A stretch of 24,000 bases of DNA from Streptomyces phage TunaTartare: sequence record MW822145.1. One strand, written 5' to 3'. Below the pieces are notes generated by a model that did not search any database, was not told where the DNA came from, and worked only from the letters and a program-made list of their open reading frames with translations. Positions 1 to 6,110 of this stretch are shown here, piece by piece; the stretch's first letter is position 1; each line of letters opens with the position of its first letter. The translations under genes were made by a program, and so were the position numbers.

Positions 1-103
1 AGTATGGACAGTTGCAGGTGTTCTGTTTATCATCTGTCAGATTGTCTGGTTGTATCACAATGTCAACATTGACTTGTAACAAGCTCGACGGAGAGGATTT
101 GAC

Positions 104-292
104 ATGGCTAACCGAATCAGTGTAGGATGGATTTGGGAAGCAGTAGAAGATGAGCCTGCTCACTTCTACGAAATCCTCTCTAATGATGAAATCGTTCAAC
201 TTCGCAGGCTTTCAGACCGGAAAATCACAACCCGATTTAAGGGACAAATTATGCAATATGGCCGGGTAAGAAAGAAGCGAAAAGGTGAATGA
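104..292 (+). CDS. hypothetical small protein (62 aa)
   Basis: ORF with GAGAGGA upstream of ATG. Confidence 0.7.
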   Translation: MANRISVGWIWEAVEDEPAHFYEILSNDEIVQLRRLSDRKITTRFKGQIMQYGRVRKKRKGE

Positions 293-298
293 CTGCAT

Positions 299-371
299 GC
301 TCCGGTAGCTCAGTTGGAAGAGCAGGAGACTCTTAATCTCAAGGTCCTCGGTTCAAGTCCGAGTCGGAGTA
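299..371 (+). tRNA. tRNA-Lys(CTT)
   Basis: Acceptor GCTCCGG/TCGGAGT, D stem GCTC/GAGC, loop CTCTTAA, T arm CTCGG-TTCAAGT-CCGAG; G1:U72, no CCA. Confidence 0.93.
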
Positions 372-393
372 CGTATAGTATAATAACCCATAA

Positions 394-427
394 AACACCC
401 CAGTTGGTTTCCGGCTGGGGTTTATTT
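394..427 (+). terminator. Rho-independent terminator
   Basis: CCCCAG...CTGGGG followed by TTTTATTT. Confidence 0.7.
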
Positions 428-442
428 CTTTAAGGAGAAAAC

Positions 443-1267
443 ATGTTTGGTCGTCGTCGCAACTTTGCCCCGGCTCGTCACCTTTCCCCTAAGAAGACTG
501 TCAAGATTCGCCGGGTTGCTGATATCAGTGTTCCCGCTGCAAATGACAAGATTGACCTTATTAAGAAGGTCGGAGTCTCCTTTGAGAAGAAGGTTGATTC
601 TGCTGTCAAGGTCAACATGGCCAAGGGTGGAAAGAATGCGAATGTTCGTTGGTCCGTGATTGGTCTTCTTGACGAGTCTGGCTCCATGGGTCCATTCTTC
701 CGTGATGGTACTGTTCAGGAGATTGTTGAGCGTGCCCTTGCTTGGGCTGCAACCAAGGACTCTGACGGCATGGCTCCGTTCGGTGCTTTTGGAAGCCACC
801 ACATTTGGCATGAGGAGGTTGACCTCACCAACGTTAGGAACATCGTTGACGAAAAGGGTTGGCACCCCTGGGGCTCTACGAATCTTGCCTCTAGCCTTCA
901 GGCCATCCTTGACATGATTCGTGACATGGGTGATGGTTGGCAGATGGACCCCATCCTGCTCTTCATTGTTACCGATGGTAGCCCTGATGACCAGCAGGCT
1001 GTGAAGCGTCTTATCTGTGAGCTGTCTCAGTACCCTGTGTTTGTAAAGATTCTGCGGGTTGGTAATGACCCTTGGGCTAAGCAGTTCACTGATTTCCTTG
1101 ATGACATGGAAGACCACAGCCCTGGTTCTCGTCTGTTTGACAATGTTGACTGCCCGAAGGAATCTCTTCGTAGGGGAATGTCTGATGACAAGTTTAATGA
1201 GGACATGACTGCTGAGACCGATTCCGTGATTGATGGCATGATTGCGGTGGGTGTCCTTAGTGAGTAA
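443..1267 (+). CDS. VWA-domain (TerY/TerF-like) protein
   Basis: GLLDESGSMG (MIDAS DxSGS) and FIVTDGSPDD; RBS AAGGAG. Confidence 0.85.
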   Translation: MFGRRRNFAPARHLSPKKTVKIRRVADISVPAANDKIDLIKKVGVSFEKKVDSAVKVNMAKGGKNANVRWSVIGLLDESGSMGPFFRDGTVQEIVERALAWAATKDSDGMAPFGAFGSHHIWHEEVDLTNVRNIVDEKGWHPWGSTNLASSLQAILDMIRDMGDGWQMDPILLFIVTDGSPDDQQAVKRLICELSQYPVFVKILRVGNDPWAKQFTDFLDDMEDHSPGSRLFDNVDCPKESLRRGMSDDKFNEDMTAETDSVIDGMIAVGVLSE

Positions 1268-1427
1268 CCTCCTTGATGATAAGGTAGAAGCCTGGCATAC
1301 TTCAGGAGATGAAGAGACCCGCTCCCTTCAAGAATACCTTGACATGAATGATGCAGAATTTCAGGTTTGGGTAGTTACTGGTAGGCTCACACAGTCCTAT
1401 CTTGACAGACATCCTGAGATGCTGTAG
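1242..1427 (+). CDS. hypothetical protein (61 aa)
   Basis: ORF overlapping the 3' end of the VWA gene. Confidence 0.5.
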   Translation: MRWVSLVSNLLDDKVEAWHTSGDEETRSLQEYLDMNDAEFQVWVVTGRLTQSYLDRHPEML

Positions 1428-1458
1428 TATATAAGAACAAGGCGTCGAGAGACGCTAT

Positions 1459-1531
1459 GGCTCGGTGGTGAAATCGGTTATCACGCCTCCCTCATAAGGA
1501 AGTATTTCGGGTTCGAGTCCCGGCTGAGCTA
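1459..1531 (+). tRNA. tRNA-Met(CAT), elongator-like (or Ile2 if C34 is modified)
   Basis: GGCTCGG/CTGAGCT, D stem GTGA/TCAC, loop CTCATAA, T arm TCGGG-TTCGAGT-CCCGG, A73. Confidence 0.88.
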
Positions 1532-1532
1532 C

Positions 1533-1605
1533 TGCGCGGTAGTGGAGTTAGGTTCCACGCTGGGCTCATAACCCAGAAACGTCGGTTCGAATCCGGCCTG
1601 CGCCA
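1533..1605 (+). tRNA. tRNA-Met(CAT), initiator-like
   Basis: TGCGCGG/CTGCGCC leaves a T1 x C72 mismatch; anticodon stem CTGGG/CCCAG has three consecutive G-C pairs next to loop CTCATAA; D stem GTGG/CCAC; A73. Confidence 0.85.
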
Positions 1606-1640
1606 CTATGATGATTATGAATTACGACTAAATCCCTTCT

Positions 1641-1668
1641 ACTGTCAAAAGTAGAAGGGAGGTGCTAA
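1641..1668 (+). promoter_or_regulatory. hairpin upstream of a small GTG-start ORF
   Basis: CCCTTCTACT...AGTAGAAGGG, 10 bp, just before AGGGAGGTG. Confidence 0.5.
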
Positions 1669-1670
1669 AA

Positions 1671-1799
1671 GTGCCTGGTCCAATGTCAAGACCTGATGGA
1701 GTTCGAGAAACCCGTCTAGATAGAAAAGTGCGGGGTTTGAGAATTCTGAATGGTAAGATTGTCTGGTCTGGAAAGACAGACCATAACAAAAACAAGTGA
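1671..1799 (+). CDS. hypothetical 42-aa protein, GTG start
   Basis: GGAGGTG RBS; MPGPMSRPDGVRETRLDRKVRGLRILNGKIVWSGKTDHNKNK; below the track's length cutoff. Confidence 0.55.
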   Translation: MPGPMSRPDGVRETRLDRKVRGLRILNGKIVWSGKTDHNKNK

Positions 1800-1814
1800 G
1801 CGTAAGCTCACTCT

Positions 1815-1886
1815 GGCTCTCTAGCTGAGATAGATTAGCGCGTGTCTGAAGAACACGAGAGGCGGGTGCGTTACCTGCGGGAGCCA
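1815..1886 (+). tRNA. tRNA-Phe(GAA) with atypical D and T loops
   Basis: GGCTCTC/GGGAGCC, stem CGTGT/ACACG with loop CTGAAGA, T stem GCGGG/CCTGC but loop TGCGTTA; D loop lacks GG. Confidence 0.6.
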
Positions 1887-1887
1887 C

Positions 1888-2034
1888 ATGGCATTCCTAG
1901 ATAAGATTTACTACAAAGCAAAGTCTAGGATTGAAGCTGAGTCGTGGATTAACTCTACGGGTAAGAAAAGATACCCACAGATAACATTCACATGGAAGAG
2001 AAGTGGAAATGAATGGCTAGTCGTGAAGAAGTGA
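1888..2034 (+). CDS. hypothetical 48-aa protein
   Basis: ATG one nt after the tRNA discriminator; overlaps the next ORF start. Confidence 0.4.
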   Translation: MAFLDKIYYKAKSRIEAESWINSTGKKRYPQITFTWKRSGNEWLVVKK

Positions 2035-2222
2035 TTGAAGCCATTGAGACTCTTGACGGACTTCAGCCTTCATGGTATCGTGAGATATTGGAAAACGGTC
2101 CACGCGGAGACGAGGAATACACACTGTATGGTGATGACCTTGGCTCTGTAATTTACGCAATCAGTGTTCTCAAGGAACACTTTGGAATTAAGGACGATAA
2201 TGAAGATTTTCGGCGGCGGTAA
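2013..2222 (+). CDS. hypothetical protein (69 aa)
   Basis: ORF in a compact overlapping gene string. Confidence 0.6.
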   Translation: MASREEVIEAIETLDGLQPSWYREILENGPRGDEEYTLYGDDLGSVIYAISVLKEHFGIKDDNEDFRRR

Positions 2223-2355
2223 GGGCAAGCCTGTATCTACAGGTGATGACTCTACGCCCGAAGAGCAGGCAGACCAGAAGTTGAAGTTTGCTACCGCATC
2301 TGCTAGGTTTGGTCCAGTAGGAAAGCGAGACAAGACATGGAAGAGCGGGAAGTAA
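2200..2355 (+). CDS. hypothetical protein, MKIFGGGKGKPV...
   Basis: In-frame ATG at 2200 after AAGGA; better than track start 2164. Confidence 0.6.
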   Translation: MKIFGGGKGKPVSTGDDSTPEEQADQKLKFATASARFGPVGKRDKTWKSGK

Positions 2356-2561
2356 TCCAGGTAGACATTACTGATACGCCTGAGCCTTTTGATGAGGTAA
2401 GCGAAGGTGAATTGGTAACTGCTGGAATTCTAAAGATTGACCCTATGCATCTTCACCGCATCCTTGACCTTCACATGAATGTCTTGGGTGCACAAGCCCG
2501 AGCGCGAATCAAGGCACGCAAGGAACGACTTGCGGCAGAGAGTCGCACTGTGGTAAAGTAG
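2337..2561 (+). CDS. hypothetical protein (74 aa)
   Basis: ORF overlapping the previous stop. Confidence 0.6.
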   Translation: MEEREVIQVDITDTPEPFDEVSEGELVTAGILKIDPMHLHRILDLHMNVLGAQARARIKARKERLAAESRTVVK

Positions 2562-2568
2562 TAACAAC

Positions 2569-2588
2569 GGCTCGCAAGAGCCAAGCTT
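2569..2588 (+). promoter_or_regulatory. hairpin + AAGCTT element
   Basis: GGCTC-GCAA-GAGCC-AAGCTT. Confidence 0.6.
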
Positions 2589-2679
2589 CGCAGACTAGAA
2601 TGTGCTCTATGGTTAGACTAAGGCACACTATGAAAAGAGGACGTACGCCTCTAGCACCCCGCTCCGGTCGGTGTCTGCG
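2589..2679 (+). ncRNA. candidate structured RNA closed by a 7-bp stem
   Basis: CGCAGAC...GTCTGCG; internal GTGC/GCAC, AGAGG/CCTCT, CACC/GGTG. Confidence 0.35.
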
Positions 2680-2691
2680 AATACCGGAAAT

Positions 2692-2772
2692 GGATGTGAT
2701 GCCCCAACGGTTTCGGGGGGCTGTCTGTAAAACAGTCTAACCATCAAGGGGGTTCGACTCCCTCCACATCCA
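2692..2772 (+). tRNA. tRNA-Tyr(GTA)
   Basis: GGATGTG/CACATCC, CTGT-CTGTAAA-ACAG, long variable arm, TTCGACT T loop, A73. Confidence 0.92.
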
Positions 2773-2774
2773 CT

Positions 2775-2849
2775 GTGACAGTAGCTTAATGGTAGAGCGT
2801 TGCGTTGTGGTCGCAATGGTTGCGGGTTCAAGTCCCGTCTGTCACCCCA
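2775..2849 (+). tRNA. tRNA-His(GTG), encoded CCA
   Basis: GTGACAG/CTGTCAC, TTGCG-TTGTGGT-CGCAA, C73 then CCA; base -1 is T. Confidence 0.9.
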
Positions 2850-2920
2850 GTCCTTATGTGCGAGTGGCTAGCAAGCAGTCTGCAAAACTGTACACGTCGG
2901 TTCGAATCCGACTAAGGGCT
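2850..2920 (+). tRNA. tRNA-Cys(GCA)
   Basis: GTCCTTA/TAAGGGC, loop CTGCAAA, T73; abuts the CCA of tRNA-His. Confidence 0.9.
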
Positions 2921-3116
2921 CTATGCATTCTCCACCTGAATGCAGAAGGTGAGTTGAGGCTCTATGAGCGTATATACTAAATGAATTGGATTCAGCCTGT
3001 GAAAGTGGACGGGACTCTCCTAGCAGAGAGATTGATACCTCAGACTATAGCCCGTATAACGCTGAGGAGCCAGAGACTACAATGTGCTAGCGTTGCTGGC
3101 TCTTTATCCGAGGAAG

Positions 3117-3201
3117 AGATTAGTCACCTCCATTCGGAATTATGAATAAGGTGTTTCACCAGTCGTCACCTTGTAAATCTAGGCTGGTAAGCGACTAATC
3201 T
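3117..3201 (+). ncRNA. candidate structured RNA with predicted pseudoknot
   Basis: AGATTAGTC/GACTAATCT closes interleaved AAGGTG/CACCTT and ACCAG/CTGGT. Confidence 0.4.
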
Positions 3202-3301
3202 AAGTTAGGCACAGAGGTGCAGTCCTTAGAGAATGGCCGGGAATGGTTCTTCCTGTCGCGAATGAATCCCAGAGCGTGAGCTGGACAAACTCACGCGACT
3301 T

Positions 3302-3376
3302 TCCTCCGTAGCATAATGGCAGTGCAGCAGACTGTTAATCTGTACAGTCCTGGTTCGAGTCCAGGCGGGGGAGCCA
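3302..3376 (+). tRNA. tRNA-Asn(GTT), encoded CCA
   Basis: TCCTCCG/CGGGGGA, loop CTGTTAA, T loop TTCGAGT, G73 then CCA. Confidence 0.92.
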
Positions 3377-3463
3377 CACGCACAGAATTGGGAAAAGAAC
3401 GGATTTGGAAGCCACGTAATAACCATGGTAAAGGTGGTGAAAGATGAAGGGGAGATACTGAAG

Positions 3464-3502
3464 AGCGGTGCGCCAAGACTATTATCTTGGTATGGCACCC
3501 GC
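3464..3502 (+). ncRNA. long hairpin, unassigned
   Basis: GCGGTGC.CCAAGA-CTATTA-TCTTGG.GCACCCGC. Confidence 0.4.
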
Positions 3503-3735
3503 GTGGGACCAAGCTTTTACCAATAGCATGTAGATTCATTCGCTTGATGAGATTTTACGTCTTTCCCAGTCTCGGCGGCGGTGATGAAGAATGGTTTAGC
3601 GGCCATACCCAATCAAGAGGAAGACGTTGAGATTGGTCATGCTAGGTAAATAGTCGCTGTTGGGACGGCTTTAGCAAGAGACACCGCTCAAAGGTGGAGT
3701 GCTGCATCCCTTCCAAGCTTTAGAGGGTTTCGAAG

Positions 3736-3764
3736 TTGACATAAGTTTCGAAACCCTCTATACT
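3736..3764 (+). promoter_or_regulatory. sigma70-type promoter for HNH gene 1
   Basis: TTGACA-17-TATACT, embedded in two interleaved inverted repeats (3723-3758 and 3737-3771). Confidence 0.8.
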
Positions 3765-3770
3765 TATGTC

Positions 3771-4208
3771 ATGAAGACATGTTACAAGTGCAAAGTTGAA
3801 AAGAGTCTTTCTGAATTTGCTAAGAACAAAAGCAGAAAAGATGGTTATAATGGTATGTGTAAGCAGTGTAAGAATGAATACACGAAGACCCATTACAATG
3901 ATAACAAACAATACTACCTTGACAAGGCAGCAAGAAATAAAAGGGCATACCAAGAAAAGGCCAGAGTCATTATTCTGTCGCACCTATCAAATCATCCATG
4001 TACTGACTGTGGAGAGAGTAATCCAGTAGTTCTAGAGTTTGACCACATGGATGGAGTTAATAAAATTGACGGGGTTGGTGCTATGATTCAGCGTGGCATG
4101 CCACTTGACATGGTACAAGCAGAGATGCTAAAGTGTGAAGTACGATGCTGTAACTGTCATAGAATCAGAACTGCAAAGCAGTTTGGTTGGTGGCTAGATA
4201 GAATTTAA
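3771..4208 (+). CDS. HNH-family endonuclease, likely free-standing homing type
   Basis: N-terminal CYKCK...CKQCK zinc motif; CTDCG...LEFDHMDG...CCNCHRIRT; starts MKTCYKCK at 3771 rather than 3699. Confidence 0.8.
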   Translation: MKTCYKCKVEKSLSEFAKNKSRKDGYNGMCKQCKNEYTKTHYNDNKQYYLDKAARNKRAYQEKARVIILSHLSNHPCTDCGESNPVVLEFDHMDGVNKIDGVGAMIQRGMPLDMVQAEMLKCEVRCCNCHRIRTAKQFGWWLDRI

Positions 4209-4284
4209 GCCCTAGTATCCGCTCTGGCTTCGAACCAGTTGAAACGGTAATGGACGCATGGGGGTTCGAATCCCTTCTGGGGCA
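4209..4284 (+). tRNA. tRNA-like element, possibly degenerate tRNA-Arg(TCG)
   Basis: Acceptor GCCCTAG/CTGGGGC and T arm GGGGG-TTCGAAT-CCCTT; hairpin CTGG-CTTCGAA-CCAG; no recognisable D arm. Confidence 0.4.
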
Positions 4285-4566
4285 CGCGGGGATGGCTGGT
4301 GTAGATGCAGCCGACCAGTCATTAAATGAATTTGGAATCGTCCCTCTGCATACCTGAACAATACGGTTGTAGTATTCCTGGTTGGCGTGCGCCTGAAGTG
4401 TACGTCCGCGCGAGGAAAAGCTTGCACAAAGAGATACTGGGTGGTATGCTGGTTCGACTCCAGCCTTGGTGATGGTCGCGTGCGGTTCGAGTCCGCGTAA
4501 TAAAATATTGGGTCAAATAGGGTAGCTCCCGCCGAGAGGTTCGATTCCTCTACTCTTTGTGCCTTT

Positions 4567-4638
4567 GCTCTTGAAGTTCAAAGGATGAACAACGCTCTCC
4601 TAAAGCGCAGGTTGCTGGTTCGAATCCAGTCAGGAGCA
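4567..4638 (+). tRNA. tRNA-Arg(CCT)
   Basis: GCTCTTG/CAGGAGC, D stem GTTC/GAAC, CGCT-CTCCTAA-AGCG, T arm GCTGG-TTCGAAT-CCAGT. Confidence 0.88.
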
Positions 4639-4796
4639 CGCAGTATACTCGGGGCCGACCGGTTTCGACTTTGCCGGATGGAATATAGACGCAGCCGTTC
4701 TTTTGGTAAGAGAACTGAAACAGACCAAACCCATAAATGCAAACTATAAGAATGCATCTGCCTACGCTCTAGCGGCGTGATGGCCGTGCTTACCAG

Positions 4797-4826
4797 TTGG
4801 CATAGGAACAGAATAACTGGTATAAT
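4797..4826 (+). promoter_or_regulatory. promoter for HNH gene 2, inside tmRNA
   Basis: TTGGCA-18-TATAAT; repeat ACCAGTT...AACTGGT over the spacer. Confidence 0.75.
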
Positions 4827-4832
4827 CCTTAT

Positions 4833-5330
4833 ATGAAAAACTGCACATCATGTAAGGAAGATAAACAGCTTATTGAATTCGGTAAGCAAGCGTCAGCCAA
4901 AGATGGGCTTCAGCCTTATTGCAAGAGCTGTAAATCCATCAAATATAAAGAATGGCGCGAAAAGAATGCAGAGCGGGATAAGGAAAGGCAAGCACAGTGG
5001 AAGCGAGATAATCGTGAACGCTTGAATGCCTGGCAAAGAGAGTGGACAGCCGCTAATCCAGATAAGGTTACCATTATCAATCGCAGAAAGCGCGGGGTCA
5101 GAAAGAGCTTTAGCTCAGACAAGATGCCGTCTAATGCATTTGAGCTTCTAGTAGAAGTGTATGGAAAGCTTTGCCTGAAATGTGGAGTAACTGAAAAACT
5201 CACTATCGACCATATTGTTCCGTTGTCGCTAGGCGGTGATAATCAATTTGAGAACCTTCAGATTCTATGTCACTCCTGCAACAGTAGTAAGCAAAATCGC
5301 TCATGTGCGGACTATCGTCCCCACTTGTGA
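4833..5330 (+). CDS. HNH endonuclease nested in tmRNA gene
   Basis: CLKCGVTEKLTIDHIVPLSLGGDNQFENLQILCHSCN canonical HNH motif; N-terminal CTSCK zinc motif. Confidence 0.92.
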   Translation: MKNCTSCKEDKQLIEFGKQASAKDGLQPYCKSCKSIKYKEWREKNAERDKERQAQWKRDNRERLNAWQREWTAANPDKVTIINRRKRGVRKSFSSDKMPSNAFELLVEVYGKLCLKCGVTEKLTIDHIVPLSLGGDNQFENLQILCHSCNSSKQNRSCADYRPHL

Positions 5331-5441
5331 AGATAGTGTGCAAGACCTCTTAGTGTGATTGACATGGCTGTACATCGGATATATGCTTGATAGTAAAGGA
5401 CGGGGGTTCGATTCCCCCCGGCTCCACAAGTAAGGACAGAT

Positions 5442-5618
5442 ATGAAAGTAACTAATCTCTACATCTATGGTAACAGTGAGTACCTACGTAGACTAGAAGA
5501 AGATTACGTTTTCATGGGTAGACAGGTGAGGCTAGAAGATGATAGACTCATCGTGTTCGCTCTTCCGAAGCGTCGGAACAAGCAAAAGGTTCAAAAGAGA
5601 AACCGAAGAAGGCGTTGA
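5442..5618 (+). CDS. hypothetical 58-aa protein
   Basis: AAGGACAGAT-ATG; MKVTNLYIYGNSEYLRRLEEDYVFMGRQVRLEDDRLIVFALPKRR... Confidence 0.65.
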   Translation: MKVTNLYIYGNSEYLRRLEEDYVFMGRQVRLEDDRLIVFALPKRRNKQKVQKRNRRRR

Positions 5619-5765
5619 CCTTCTGAGCTGGTTCTGATAGAGTAGGACTGGCCGGTGAGATTCCGGTCAAGCTAGACGAGATGACCATACGTTCTGTAAG
5701 TTGGCAAGGGGTCACGCCCGAACCGCTGGAACAAAATTTCCTGGCCAAGGGTGGTTCTACCTCGT

Positions 5766-5797
5766 TTGACACTTCGCACGTGACTATGATAGTGTCA
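5766..5797 (+). promoter_or_regulatory. possible promoter/operator in non-coding region
   Basis: TTGACA-16-GATAGT; inverted repeat TGACACT...AGTGTCA. Confidence 0.35.
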
Positions 5798-6032
5798 GAA
5801 CACAACACACGGACAAGGCTTAGGCGAGTGAGGGTAGTTCAAGCGGTGGTAACTTAAATGCCCACTTAATGATGCTCAATAAATCGGTGGGATGCGAGTG
5901 GTGATGTTGTGTTAAGCTTGTAGCGGGCAGACCAAGCGCCTAGAAGACAAGTTAGCAGGCAACGAAAAGAGTATACGTCCACTTGGTAGGGGATAAGGTA
6001 TACCGCCCGATGTGCTAACCGTGCTACAGTCT

Positions 6033-6064
6033 GTGGGAGTAACCGGAAATGCTCCCACAAGCTT
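6033..6064 (+). promoter_or_regulatory. hairpin + AAGCTT element
   Basis: GTGGGAG...CTCCCAC-AAGCTT. Confidence 0.6.
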
Positions 6065-6110
6065 CCTTTGTAAGCTGCTAAGTAATAACCAAACTAACAA
6101 AGGATTGAAA

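Larger units (their letters stand above)
4651..5426 (+). ncRNA. ssrA: tmRNA, interrupted by an HNH ORF
   Basis: 5' GGGGCCG...GGTTTCGAC; acceptor pairs with 3' CGGCTCC; T arm GGGGG-TTCGATT-CCCCC; helix CTTTGC(4669)/GTAAAG(5393); pseudoknot GTTCT/AGAAC with TTTGGT/ACCAAA; tag ORF GCA..TGA at 4739-4780 = ANYKNASAYALAA. Confidence 0.9.

Noticed and set aside
2789-2980. ORF MVERCVVVAMVAGSSPVCHPS...
   Set aside because: It runs through tRNA-His and tRNA-Cys; the frame is a by-product of tRNA sequence.
2981-3145. 54-aa ORF MNWIQPVKVDGTLLAERLIPQTIARI...
   Set aside because: No good RBS, and it overlaps the structured RNA region; not called as CDS.
3691-3720. AAGCTT at 3715 (and those at 3511, 4410 and 5914) as further copies of the hairpin + AAGCTT element
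   Set aside because: Adjacent hairpins are absent or imperfect; excluded from the core set.
3723-3771. Interleaved repeats as an RNA pseudoknot
   Set aside because: A 12-bp stem would have to be spanned by only 4 nt (TATA) and the RNA would start at 3771; a DNA-level operator/promoter role is more plausible.
4435-4472. Acceptor/T-arm minihelix TACTGGG...CTTGGTG as a minimal tRNA
   Set aside because: The would-be acceptor pairing has four G-U pairs out of seven; not supported on its own.
4833-5330. Interpretation of the tmRNA insert as a group I intron
   Set aside because: Only about 278 nt remain outside the ORF and these are needed for the tmRNA itself; no room for an intron catalytic core.
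5785-5790. TATGAT as -10 for TTGACA at 5766
   Set aside because: Spacing is only 13 bp; GATAGT at 16 bp is the better, still weak, candidate.
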